A DNA stretch of 63,516 bases from Bdellovibrionales bacterium (lineage in GTDB: Bacteria; Bdellovibrionota; Bdellovibrionia; Bdellovibrionales; UBA1609): the NCBI GenBank assembly GCA_050246815.1, contig JBFWVI010000011.1:1782-65297 (forward strand), in the 5' to 3' direction. Of this stretch, positions 48,619 to 57,989 are shown piece after piece. Both the position numbers and the translations under genes were made by a program. Numbering within the stretch: the stretch's first letter is position 1; the number at the start of each line of letters is the position of its first letter. The notes beneath the pieces are model-generated. The model ran no database searches, was not told the origin of the DNA, and was given only the letters and a program-made list of their open reading frames with translations.

Positions 48619-49029
48619 ATGGGCGCAAAGTTGGGTGGCGGTGGTGACGAGCCCATTTCAGAAATTAACATCGTTCCCTTCGTCGATATCATTTTGGTGG
48701 TCTTGATCATTTTTATGGTCACCACACCTATCATCATGAAACCCAGCATCAATGTGAACTTGCCTCAGGCCGGCAGCGGGGATCAAACTACGCCCTCTGA
48801 ATTCGCAGTCACTATCCAGGCCGACAGCACGGTGCAGTTGAACGGAAAGCCCTCAGATGAAGCGGGACTCAGCCAATATGCGGCTGAAATGGTGGCGCAA
48901 AAACCCGACATTCAAGCGATTATTTCAGCCGATCAAGGCGTGCCCCACGGCCGTGTCATCGCCATCATTGACGCGATCAAAACCGCCGGCATCAAGCGCT
49001 TCGCCATCGCCACGGACAAAAAGAAGTAA
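48619..49029 (+). CDS. TolR/ExbD family protein
   Basis: EINIVPFVDIILVVLIIFMV, VNLP, ISADQ. Confidence 0.93.
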   Translation: MGAKLGGGGDEPISEINIVPFVDIILVVLIIFMVTTPIIMKPSINVNLPQAGSGDQTTPSEFAVTIQADSTVQLNGKPSDEAGLSQYAAEMVAQKPDIQAIISADQGVPHGRVIAIIDAIKTAGIKRFAIATDKKK

Positions 49030-49109
49030 TCCCGCCCGAACCGGGCCAAAATCTTGAAAATCGTCGCCCAAGATCTCGAAGAGCTCGCAAAGCAAAACGG
49101 CGAATGCGA

Positions 49110-49148
49110 TCCAGCTCTGCCCGCAGCTTTGCCGCGGGCAGAGCTGGA
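49110..49148. repeat. Perfect 15-bp inverted repeat (hairpin)
   Basis: TCCAGCTCTGCCCGC - 9 nt - GCGGGCAGAGCTGGA between convergent genes. Confidence 0.8.
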
Positions 49149-49196
49149 CAAAAATTAAGGTTCTTAAGTCACTTTGCTCACGTAATGTGTTGAAAA

Positions 49197-49949
49197 TCAG
49201 CTTCGAGTGAGCTTGGCCTCGAACAATTGGGCGAAGCGCTGACCCAATTGATCCGCGCTGATTTTTTTACCCAGCAGCTCTTGCATTGAAATCATCGTGC
49301 CGGGCTTAAACCCGCAAGGACGAATCCCCGAAAACGCTTTTTCATCCGCGCATAGATTGATGGCAACCCCATGATACGTGATCCATTTTCGAACCGCCAC
49401 ACCGATCGAGGCCACCTTTCGCTCGCCAGCCCAAACGCCCGTCAGCTGTCGTGTGTGCCCTTGCTCGTCGTTTTCACTGCCTTGGCGCAGTTCCACCGGC
49501 GCGCCCGACTCTTGCAGCAACTGTGTGACTGTTTCACCCAACAAACGAATGTAGCCGCCCACGTTGCGTTCGCGTAGCCCCGCCCGATCCTCCCGGCGCA
49601 AATCCACGATGGGGTAAATCACCAATTGGCTTGGACCATGATAGGTGGCGCGCCCCCCCCGCGAAGTCTCCATGACTGAACCTGACCAGCCAATCAGATC
49701 GGTTTTGGGAGTTGTGCGCCCCAATGTGACCACCGGCGGGTGCGAGCAAAAAACCAAGGTTTCAAGTTTACGACCATTGGCCACATGATCGACCAGCTCA
49801 AGCTGCCGTTCACAAGCCAAAGCGTAATCAATCAACCCCCAGATCTGCTGATCAAACAAAGACGTCTGCACAGGAACATTCGCTTTGAATGTGGCAACCG
49901 CTGGCGCCCCGTCACCTGTTTCTTTGTGTGTTTCTGGCGTTGTTTGCAC
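49197..49949 (-). CDS. lipB: Octanoyltransferase
   Basis: HPPVVTLG, RGGRATYHGPSQLVIYP, KVASIG, HGVAIN, IRPCG. Confidence 0.93.
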   Translation of the reverse strand: MQTTPETHKETGDGAPAVATFKANVPVQTSLFDQQIWGLIDYALACERQLELVDHVANGRKLETLVFCSHPPVVTLGRTTPKTDLIGWSGSVMETSRGGRATYHGPSQLVIYPIVDLRREDRAGLRERNVGGYIRLLGETVTQLLQESGAPVELRQGSENDEQGHTRQLTGVWAGERKVASIGVAVRKWITYHGVAINLCADEKAFSGIRPCGFKPGTMISMQELLGKKISADQLGQRFAQLFEAKLTRS

Positions 49950-49957
49950 TTTTACCC

Positions 49958-51412
49958 TTAAGCGTTAGCGCGTAAACTTGCCGCCGCGCCTTTATGCAAC
50001 GGCTTTTGAATAATGTGAATGGCGTGGCCCAAAGCGGCTTCAGCTGCTTCCATCATCGTCTCACCCAAGGTCGGATGTGGATGAATGCTGAGCGCAATAT
50101 CCTCTAGGCGAGCGCCCATCTCGACGGCCAACACGGCTTCTGAAATTAAATTGCTGGCTTCAGGACCGACAATATGCACGCCTAAAACCACGTGTGTTTT
50201 TGCGTCCGCGATGATTTTGACGAAACCCTCGGTTTCCATCACCGAAACAGCGCGGGCGTTGGCGACAAACGGGAAGCGGCCGACTTTTAGATCCGTATGG
50301 CCCTTCGCCTTACATTCAGCTTCAGTCCAGCCGGCCGAAGCAATCTCAGGATCCACAAAAATCACGGCCGGAACGGTCTTCGCGTCGTAGGCTCGATTTT
50401 GACCTGCGATAATCTCGGCTACCATCACACCTTCATGACTTGCTTTGTGCGCCAACATTGGTTGACCTGCGATGTCGCCGATCGCGAAGATACCGGGCAG
50501 ATTGGTTTTGCGCTGCGCATTCACTTTGATAAAACCTTTTTCATCAATGACCAGGCCAATTCCTTTCAAATTCATTTGATCGGAGTTGGGCTTGCGGCCC
50601 ACCGTCAACAGAACTTTGTCGGCTTTGATGGTTTCGGTTTTACCGCCAATATCGGCTGTGACTTCCACGCCCTTGCCAGACCTTTTCCAACCCGAAGCCT
50701 TGGCGCCTGTGTGAACCTTCACACCCAACTTTTTCACCTTGCGATCAACCACTTGCACGCAATCGGGATCGGCGGCGCCGGTCAAAAGCCCCGGACCCGC
50801 CTCAAGGATTTCCACTTCTGTCCCTAGCTTTGCCAAAAAGGTGCCGATTTCAAGGCCAATGTAACCACCCCCGATAACCACCAAACGCTTTGGCAATTCG
50901 CTCAGGGCCAATGCTCCGGTTGAGCTCATCACATCTTGCTCGTCGATTTTAAAACCGGGGATTTCAAATGGACGCGAACCAGTCGCAATGATGAAATTCT
51001 TAGCTGTTACGGTTTGCTCGCCGCTTTTGCTTTTGATCGAAAGTTCTTTAGCCGACTTAAAATTGGCCTCGCCCATCAGCACCGTGACGCCATTGCCTTT
51101 CAGCAATTGGCCCACACCGCCGGTCATTTTGTCGACCACGGACTGCTTCCAAGTCTGCAGTTGCTTCATATCGACACTGATTTCGCCCTTGATTTTCAAA
51201 CCCATAGTCGGCGCATCGTGCTGCATTCGCGCGTAAAAATGCGAAGCCGAAATCATGGCCTTTGAGGGAATGCAGCCGACATTTAAACAAACGCCACCCA
51301 AAGCCTCTCGCTCCACCACCGCAGTCTTCATCCCCAGTTGCGCCGAACGGATTGCGGCCACATAACCGCCGGGCCCTGCGCCAATCACCACCACATCAAA
51401 AGCATCAGCCAT
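49958..51412 (-). CDS. lpdA: Dihydrolipoyl dehydrogenase (E3)
   Basis: GAGPGGY, GGVCLNVGCIPSK, HPHPTLGE. Confidence 0.96.
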   Translation of the reverse strand: MADAFDVVVIGAGPGGYVAAIRSAQLGMKTAVVEREALGGVCLNVGCIPSKAMISASHFYARMQHDAPTMGLKIKGEISVDMKQLQTWKQSVVDKMTGGVGQLLKGNGVTVLMGEANFKSAKELSIKSKSGEQTVTAKNFIIATGSRPFEIPGFKIDEQDVMSSTGALALSELPKRLVVIGGGYIGLEIGTFLAKLGTEVEILEAGPGLLTGAADPDCVQVVDRKVKKLGVKVHTGAKASGWKRSGKGVEVTADIGGKTETIKADKVLLTVGRKPNSDQMNLKGIGLVIDEKGFIKVNAQRKTNLPGIFAIGDIAGQPMLAHKASHEGVMVAEIIAGQNRAYDAKTVPAVIFVDPEIASAGWTEAECKAKGHTDLKVGRFPFVANARAVSVMETEGFVKIIADAKTHVVLGVHIVGPEASNLISEAVLAVEMGARLEDIALSIHPHPTLGETMMEAAEAALGHAIHIIQKPLHKGAAASLRANA

Positions 51413-51484
51413 ATCATATTGCGAGACCGCTCTTAAGCAGCCTCGTCTCCTCTTTAGGTTGCGGGACCGCTGAGGCGGTCTGTT

Positions 51485-52786
51485 TTACATCATGTCCAGC
51501 ATCAGGCGACTGGGATTTTCAATGCGTGAAACAAATGCCTTCATGAAGTTCGCCGCCACCGCGCCGTCGATCAAACGATGGTCGCAGGTGATGCTGAAGT
51601 TCATGAATGATGCGCGTTCGAATTCTTTGCCATTCCAAAGCGGTTTGTCCTGGATCTTGTACATCCCCAAAATCGCCACTTCAGGATGGTTGATGATCGG
51701 AGTCGCATACAAACCACCCACGCTGCCAATGTTGGTGATCGTGATGGTGGCGCCTTTCATGTCTTCCAGCGCCAGCTTGCCATCGCGCGCTTTGCCACCT
51801 AAAGCTTGAATATCTTGGCTGATCTGTAAAATAGTTTTGTGATCCGCGTCTTTTACCACCGGCACCAACAACCCATTCGGAGTGTCTGCGGCAAAACCTA
51901 GATTGAAGTACTTTTTGTAAACGATCTCGGCCGCTTGATCATCGATACTGGCGTTGAACATCGGAAAATCACGGATCGTGGCAATAAGGGCCTTCATGAT
52001 AAAGGGCAAGTAGGTCACTTTTACGCCGGCTTTCTCAGCGGCCTCCTTGGCACTGGAACGCATTTTGACCAGCTCGTTCACGTTGGCCTCTTCAACCAAA
52101 GTGAAGTGAGGGATGATATGTTTGGCCATTTGCAAATTTTCGGCGATCTTCTTGCGCACGCCTTTCAGCGGCACACGATCTTCAACACCCGGACCGCCTT
52201 GATAAGCGGGACGCGCCCATGCCACTGGCCCACCGCTGACCGCGCCGGCGCCTTTGGTTTGCAGAACATCTTCACGGGTCACGCGGCCCACAATGCCACT
52301 GCCTTGCAGTTGATTAATGTCGACACCCATTTCACGGGCCAAACGACGCGTGGCCGGTGTGGCCAAAACTTTCGAATCAGCTGCGGGAGGATAAACATCC
52401 ATGACGCCGCCACTGGCGCGAGTCGCAGTTGCGGGCGCGGCGTTCATGGCTGATGGCTTCGCGGCGGCAGCAAAAGCCGGGGCCGGTTTCGATGCGGCCG
52501 CAACTGGCGCCGCTTTCGCAGGTGCTGCAGCGGTTTTGACGGCGCCATCGCTGTCGACCAGCAACATCACGGACTCGATGGGGATCATGGCCCCCTCTTT
52601 CACTTTCAATTCTTTTACCGTGCCCGCGACTGGGGTGGGCACTTCAACTGTGGCTTTGTCGGTCATCACTTCAGCCACGGCCTGGTCGACTTTCACGCTG
52701 TCGCCGACTTTCACCAACCAACGCACCATTTCGCCTTCGGTTACGCCCTCGCCCACATCGGGTAATTTCACTTCAACCGTTGCCAT
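51485..52786 (-). CDS. Dihydrolipoamide acyltransferase (E2) of a 2-oxoacid dehydrogenase
   Basis: Lipoyl domain MTDKATVEV; ATPATRRLARE; DHRLIDG. Confidence 0.93.
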   Translation of the reverse strand: MATVEVKLPDVGEGVTEGEMVRWLVKVGDSVKVDQAVAEVMTDKATVEVPTPVAGTVKELKVKEGAMIPIESVMLLVDSDGAVKTAAAPAKAAPVAAASKPAPAFAAAAKPSAMNAAPATATRASGGVMDVYPPAADSKVLATPATRRLAREMGVDINQLQGSGIVGRVTREDVLQTKGAGAVSGGPVAWARPAYQGGPGVEDRVPLKGVRKKIAENLQMAKHIIPHFTLVEEANVNELVKMRSSAKEAAEKAGVKVTYLPFIMKALIATIRDFPMFNASIDDQAAEIVYKKYFNLGFAADTPNGLLVPVVKDADHKTILQISQDIQALGGKARDGKLALEDMKGATITITNIGSVGGLYATPIINHPEVAILGMYKIQDKPLWNGKEFERASFMNFSITCDHRLIDGAVAANFMKAFVSRIENPSRLMLDMM

Positions 52787-52791
52787 TTGTG

Positions 52792-53733
52792 TTATCCTCT
52801 CTCGTTGATCATCATTTCAGTGGCACCGCGCTCTTCGCGACGGCGCTTTTCGATCACACCATGCATAAAAAATTCGCCAGCGCGATAAGAGCTGCGCACC
52901 AGCGGGCCGCTGGCCACGTACAAAAAGCCCATACTCTCGGCAACGCCTTGCCATTCTTGGAATTTGGCGGGAGTGATGAACTCCTCCACCGGCAAAAAGC
53001 GCGCTTGAGGTTGCAAGTACTGACCAAAGGTGACCACGTCACAACCTACGTCTCGCAGATCGCGCAAAGTTTTTAAAACTTCTTCATCTTTTTCACCCAA
53101 CCCCAACATAATCGAAGATTTGGTGTAACGACTGGGGTCGCGCTCTTTGATGTACTGAAGCACGCGCAGGCTCTGTGCGTACTTGGCGCGCGGGTCGCGC
53201 ACGCGTGGGGTCAAGCGCTCAACGGTCTCCACATTGTGAGCGAAAACGTCAGGCTTCGCATCGACGATTTTGGCCACATACTCTTCTTTGCCCTTAAAAT
53301 CGGGAGTCAGAACTTCGATGATCAAATTGGGTGATTTTTCTTTCAGCAGCTCCACCGTCTTGGCGAAGTGACCGCTGCCCTCGTCAGGCAGATCATCGCG
53401 ATCCACGCTCGTCAGCACGATGTAATCCAAAGTCATCTGACTGACGGCGTAGGCCACCTTTTCGGGCTCTTCCAAATCCAACTTGCCACGCGGATTCCCG
53501 GTCTTCACGTTGCAGAAGCGACAGCCGCGGGTGCAGACTTCTCCCATTAGCATAATGGTGGCCGTCCCACCGCTCCAACACTCACCAATATTGGGGCACT
53601 GAGCTTCTTGGCAAACTGTGGCGAGGTTCAACTCTTTGAACATGGACTTCAGCTGAACGTAACGTTCGCCTGAAGCAGGGCGAATTTTGATCCAATCGGG
53701 CTTGGGCAAACGAGCCCGGACAGGCGTCGACAT
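52792..53733 (-). CDS. lipA: Lipoyl synthase
   Basis: TVCQEAQCPNIGECW, CTRGCRFC, RSSY; start ATG 53733. Confidence 0.96.
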   Translation of the reverse strand: MSTPVRARLPKPDWIKIRPASGERYVQLKSMFKELNLATVCQEAQCPNIGECWSGGTATIMLMGEVCTRGCRFCNVKTGNPRGKLDLEEPEKVAYAVSQMTLDYIVLTSVDRDDLPDEGSGHFAKTVELLKEKSPNLIIEVLTPDFKGKEEYVAKIVDAKPDVFAHNVETVERLTPRVRDPRAKYAQSLRVLQYIKERDPSRYTKSSIMLGLGEKDEEVLKTLRDLRDVGCDVVTFGQYLQPQARFLPVEEFITPAKFQEWQGVAESMGFLYVASGPLVRSSYRAGEFFMHGVIEKRRREERGATEMMINERG

Positions 53734-53850
53734 GGCGCATCTCCTGTATGATCCCTTATTTCTAAGACTGGCCGCTGAAAATGTCCATATTATACCCGTC
53801 GGCTTCGCGCACTTTGACACGCGTCGCCGCGCGTGGCAACTTCGCCCACT

Positions 53851-54597
53851 ATGAACTTTGCTGAACCGCTGCAACAGGGCCGATTCAAACGCCGCTACAA
53901 ACGGTTTTTTGCCGAGATCGAATTCGGCGGTAAAACAATCACAGCCCATGTGCCCAATACAGGCAGCCTGAGGGGCTGCCTCAATGAGGGCGCCCCCTGC
54001 TTGTTTTCAACTTCAAAAGATCCAGCCCGCAAATTGCCTCACACCTTACAAATGGTACAAGATGAAGGCACCTGGGTGGGAGTAAATACCAACCTAGCCA
54101 ACGACCTGGCCTGGGAAGCTTGGCAAAATGGCGACATCCCAGGATGGAAAAAATTCGATGGCGGTCAACGCGAGGTGAAAATCCACGCCAAAACCCGTTT
54201 GGACCTGGCGCTGTGGAAAAGCACCGCCGATCTACCGGCCACGACTAAATTGACCCCGGCTCATTTGTCTAAAAATAAATTTTATTTTATCGAAGTGAAA
54301 AATGTAACTATGGCGTCGGCAGGATTGGCGATGTTTCCCGACTCTGTCACCGAACGCGGCCAAAAACACCTGAAAGAATTGATGGAGCTGGCTCACTCTG
54401 GCCATAAAGCCGAAATCTTTTTTCTGGTGCAGAGGGGCGACTGCCAAGCTTTCGCGCCCGCAGACGCAATCGACCCTGTTTATGGGAAACTGCTGCGTCA
54501 GGCGATCAAAAATGGAGTCAAAATATCCGCCTACCCGTGCGAACTCAACGCCACCGGCGCCAAGCTGAAAGCACGCCCCTTGGCCTTAGAGATCTGA
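53851..54597 (+). CDS. sfsA: SfsA family nuclease / DNA-binding protein
   Basis: RRYKRFFA, HVPNTGS, IEVKNVT, FPDSVTERGQKHL. Confidence 0.93.
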   Translation: MNFAEPLQQGRFKRRYKRFFAEIEFGGKTITAHVPNTGSLRGCLNEGAPCLFSTSKDPARKLPHTLQMVQDEGTWVGVNTNLANDLAWEAWQNGDIPGWKKFDGGQREVKIHAKTRLDLALWKSTADLPATTKLTPAHLSKNKFYFIEVKNVTMASAGLAMFPDSVTERGQKHLKELMELAHSGHKAEIFFLVQRGDCQAFAPADAIDPVYGKLLRQAIKNGVKISAYPCELNATGAKLKARPLALEI

Positions 54598-54603
54598 GCC
54601 GCC

Positions 54604-54635
54604 AAAAATAAAACGGCCAGCATGTCGCTGGCCGT
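54604..54635 (-). terminator. Intrinsic terminator (dsbA; may also act on sfsA)
   Basis: ACGGCCAGC/GCTGGCCGT stem followed on the minus strand by TTTATTTTT. Confidence 0.7.
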
Positions 54636-54667
54636 CTTGAACAAAATCCAAAGGTCTTCGCTGCAAA

Positions 54668-55450
54668 CTATTCTTTTTTAGCTTCGCCGCCCAAATGACG
54701 ATCGATGATCTTTTGGAAAAATTGGGGTGGATACGCTCCGCGCAGCGACACTCCGTTGATCAAAAAGCCGGGTGTACCGTTAAAGCCAAACTCACGAGCT
54801 TCTTCCATGTCGGCAGCGATCTTTTTAGTGACCGCTTCGCTTTCAAGGTCTTTCATCAGCTTAGCCATGTTGGCACCCAATTTTTTGGCCACATCCTTCA
54901 AGAAATCTTCTTTCTTCGCATTCAGCTCTTGCTGACGACTGAAAATTTCGTCATGGAATTTTTCGACTTTTTCTGGAGCCTGCAAAGCCAAAGCCTCGAA
55001 GTATTTGGCGGCAGGCATCGCCATCGGGTGGCCATCCAAGGGCAAGTGTTTGTAAACCACGCGAACTTTGTCGCCGTACATCTTGCGAACTTCTTTCAAG
55101 TTCTCAAAACCACGCGTGCAATAGGGGCACTGAAAGTCCGAATATTCGACGATGGTGATCGGCGCGCTTTTGTTGCCAAACACGATACGATTGTCGTCGA
55201 TTTTTGGATTCTTGGGGCTTTTGAACTCTTCTTCCAATTGAGCGGCTTCCTGAGCTTCTTCGTCTTTGCGGGCATCGGCTTGTGCGTTACGAGCCGCCTC
55301 ATTCACAACCTCAAGGAATTTTTTGGGGTTCTTTTTAATCGCGTTGAACACGATGTCCGGATTTTGCTCCACGGCTTTTTCCAATGCCGCCGAGCAGCCC
55401 ACCAGACCCAGTACCGACAAACTTAAAAGCAACCAGCTCAGCCGTTTCAT
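54668..55450 (-). CDS. DsbA/Com1-like thiol-disulfide oxidoreductase lipoprotein
   Basis: Lipobox LVGC; EYSDFQCPYC; GTPGF. Confidence 0.9.
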   Translation of the reverse strand: MKRLSWLLLSLSVLGLVGCSAALEKAVEQNPDIVFNAIKKNPKKFLEVVNEAARNAQADARKDEEAQEAAQLEEEFKSPKNPKIDDNRIVFGNKSAPITIVEYSDFQCPYCTRGFENLKEVRKMYGDKVRVVYKHLPLDGHPMAMPAAKYFEALALQAPEKVEKFHDEIFSRQQELNAKKEDFLKDVAKKLGANMAKLMKDLESEAVTKKIAADMEEAREFGFNGTPGFLINGVSLRGAYPPQFFQKIIDRHLGGEAKKE

Positions 55451-55639
55451 TAGAGCGCTCTCCTTTAGAAGATCTTGCGAGGATCGCCTATGCGAACCCC
55501 TGTTTTTTTAAAAGTCGCTCTAGTCTGTCACAACTTGCCGGGGCGCAGTAGTGAAAATTCACGGCGTCGCGGGTTAGACGAAAGCCTAGGTGCGGCAAAA
55601 ATCATGGCAAAGCCAAATGATGCCCTTATAATGAACCCC

Positions 55640-56251
55640 ATGATGCGCCATATACGAATTTTACTAGTGCTAAGCTTGCTCACCTTTGGCCTCTCTAGCG
55701 AGGCCGCACGCTACAAATACAGCGAACTGCAGATCAAAGATTACGATGAAATGCTGGCGCTGGTGAAGACACGGGTCAAAAAGGCCACTAAGTTATTTCG
55801 CGCCAATCAAGATGAGGACACGCCCCCCGACCAACAAGGTGTCGAGGAGCTTCGCGAAGCTCTTCATCTGATCCTTTCCCGCCCCAACCAAGACAATATG
55901 CTGGCTAAACTCCTGCCTGATGTGCGCAAAGAAATGGCCAATGTGAACGCGTTTGAAGACAATATGGCAAGTTTGGTGAGTGAAGCCATCGATGGCCTGA
56001 ACAACGACAAAATCCCCACCGTTCATCGCTCGACTTATTTGATCGTGCTAGAAAACATTTTAAGTGAATTCAAGCCGGAAGTCCGTGACAAAGAGGACTT
56101 ACGCCAGCTCTTTGAAAAAATCCGTGACGCTAAACTGAAAATTCCAAAAGAGGTCACCAAAGACCTCAAGTTGCGCAGCATGCTCAGCACCGAGTCCCCG
56201 TCTGAGCGGGCAAAGCGAATTCTGGACGGCCTGAATCCTAAGAAAAAATAA
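55640..56251 (+). CDS. Secreted helical hypothetical protein
   Basis: Signal peptide (..SSEA|AR); start 55631-55643. Confidence 0.7.
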   Translation: MMRHIRILLVLSLLTFGLSSEAARYKYSELQIKDYDEMLALVKTRVKKATKLFRANQDEDTPPDQQGVEELREALHLILSRPNQDNMLAKLLPDVRKEMANVNAFEDNMASLVSEAIDGLNNDKIPTVHRSTYLIVLENILSEFKPEVRDKEDLRQLFEKIRDAKLKIPKEVTKDLKLRSMLSTESPSERAKRILDGLNPKKK

Positions 56252-56266
56252 ATTTTTGTCACCACG

Positions 56267-56300
56267 AACGGCTTGAATCCCACCTTCAAGCCGTTTTTAT
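56267..56300 (+). terminator. Intrinsic terminator
   Basis: AACGGCTTGAA/TTCAAGCCGTT stem followed by a T-run. Confidence 0.8.
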
Positions 56301-56355
56301 TGACGCCCTCTGCTTGAACGGATGTCCATGCACTTGTGTCTCAAAACGACATACT

Positions 56356-56382
56356 TAAGTCCCGTCAATTTTCCGCCGATTT
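56356..56382 (+). promoter_or_regulatory. sigma28/FliA-type promoter
   Basis: TAAG-N15-GCCGATTT upstream of GGAGG RBS and TTG 56404. Confidence 0.55.
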
Positions 56383-56403
56383 GGAAAACAGACGGAGGCA
56401 CGT

Positions 56404-56895
56404 TTGTCCAAGACCGAAGGCCAGCAGGGACTGCTTAAAGTAATGACAGGAATGGTCGTTCTGACGGGCGGACTTGTCGCACTCTCGCTCTTGGCAACCA
56501 ATCCAAAAGAAGACGGCCCCACGCTCACCGCCTTGGCCCGTGCCCCCGCAAGCCTGGTCGGGATGGCGCTCTCAACCGCCAAACCGGCCCAAGCGCTGCT
56601 CGAACGCACATCAACCTTGGAATTCGATTGCACCCCGCCTCAAACCGCCACGGTCACCAGTGAAATCAAACAATTGCGCTTGGTGGGACGCCTTTGTGGA
56701 GAACCGCCGACTAGCACCGAAGTTTTGAATCTGACGAATGGATTTACCGCCACCATCTTCACGCCCAAACAAGGGCGCTTCGCCAGTGACTTTATTCACT
56801 TGGCCGAAGGTGAAAATCGACTGCGCGTCACTTATGTGATGGATTCGGGCGAGCGTAAAACCAGCGACTTTCAAATCAGCAGGCAGCCAAAGTAG
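56404..56895 (+). CDS. Membrane-anchored hypothetical protein with a beta-rich C-terminus
   Basis: GGAGG RBS; N-terminal TM. Confidence 0.7.
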   Translation: MSKTEGQQGLLKVMTGMVVLTGGLVALSLLATNPKEDGPTLTALARAPASLVGMALSTAKPAQALLERTSTLEFDCTPPQTATVTSEIKQLRLVGRLCGEPPTSTEVLNLTNGFTATIFTPKQGRFASDFIHLAEGENRLRVTYVMDSGERKTSDFQISRQPK

Positions 56896-56899
56896 CTGC

Positions 56900-57730
56900 C
56901 TATTCGGTCCAAGAAAAACCAAGCAGCATCAGATTTTGCCGTGGCGAAGTTTCCCACAAATCTCGGTCCACGGGAGCGGCATGCGAGGCTGTCAGTGTGG
57001 CGGACAAGGTTTTGTTCAAACGGCGAGCCCCCATCAACGAGGTCGACGTACGAGCATCCACCTCTTGAAAAGCTGAAATCGTAGTGATCTTGGAAACTGG
57101 ATAGGACAGCGAATAGATCGTGCGCTCGACATTGGATGGACCAAATCCGCTGCCCATCTGAAAGCTCACTTTAGTTGCAATGTCATACGGATTTTCTAAG
57201 CGTACATCTAAAAAATTGCCCGAATAAGAGTATTTAAAGCGCAACTTATAACCTTGCCGCACCTTCACATCAATATTGGCAATTCGGTCTTTCAGCTCAT
57301 AAATCGGGCGGATATCCGGATTGGATTTGGCGTACTGGTCAACGTGATGCTCCGTCAAACGACGAAACATAAATTCACCAAATTGTCGTTGGCGCTGCTC
57401 ATGGGTTTCAAGGTTTTCAAGACGACCGCCCGGATATTCATAAAAAGTAAAGCGATTGCTGCTGTTGTAATTTCGTTCGACTTCGCTTCGCCCAAAGCGC
57501 GTTTCGTATTGGTTTTGAAACTCGCGGGTCAGCTTTGGATCCACCAAGGGGCGACCTAAAAGCAAGGCATTGGTTTTGGGTGGAGGAGGAATGATCACCA
57601 TTTCCACGTCTCGCTGTTCGCGTTCGCGACTAACCGTAGTCAAATAGCCGGGCCGGCCGCCCAAAACGGCGACCATTTCGGCTTGGGCCGAAACCACAAA
57701 AAGACTTAAAATGGCAAACAGGCCGTACAT
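56900..57730 (-). CDS. Secreted hypothetical protein with a beta-strand-rich C-terminal half
   Basis: GGAGG RBS before ATG 57730; signal peptide (..SAQA|E). Confidence 0.72.
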   Translation of the reverse strand: MYGLFAILSLFVVSAQAEMVAVLGGRPGYLTTVSREREQRDVEMVIIPPPPKTNALLLGRPLVDPKLTREFQNQYETRFGRSEVERNYNSSNRFTFYEYPGGRLENLETHEQRQRQFGEFMFRRLTEHHVDQYAKSNPDIRPIYELKDRIANIDVKVRQGYKLRFKYSYSGNFLDVRLENPYDIATKVSFQMGSGFGPSNVERTIYSLSYPVSKITTISAFQEVDARTSTSLMGARRLNKTLSATLTASHAAPVDRDLWETSPRQNLMLLGFSWTE

Positions 57731-57754
57731 GGCAGTCCTCCACTTGCACTCAGT

Positions 57755-57770
57755 TGCAAGCGCCGTTCCC
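57755..57770 (-). promoter_or_regulatory. sigma54 (-24/-12) promoter
   Basis: Minus strand GGGAACGGCGCTTGCA, GG-N10-GC; IHF-like sites upstream. Confidence 0.6.
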
Positions 57771-57989
57771 AACAAGATTATCATAACTAGCTGAAAACAG
57801 GGATGTTTCATAAGCTCTACAGCCGCTCATAAAAAGCCCCTGCCAGCGCCCTAACAGGGCCCAGTAGGGTGCAACAATATTAAGCAATTTCATGTACTTA
57901 ACCCATCAAAGATTTGGGCATTGCCGGGCCCGAACTCGTCCATTAAGCTTTGCCTTATGAATCATGGAATGAATCAGGGGAGTGTTTTT

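Noticed and set aside
53734..53949. lipA extension overlapping sfsA
   Set aside because: A GGAG RBS precedes ATG 53733 and LipA homology starts there
54695..55426. 243-aa antisense ORF over dsbA, and similar shadow ORFs (e.g. 26159-26824, 37462-38130)
   Set aside because: They mirror strongly conserved genes on the other strand and show no motifs or RBS
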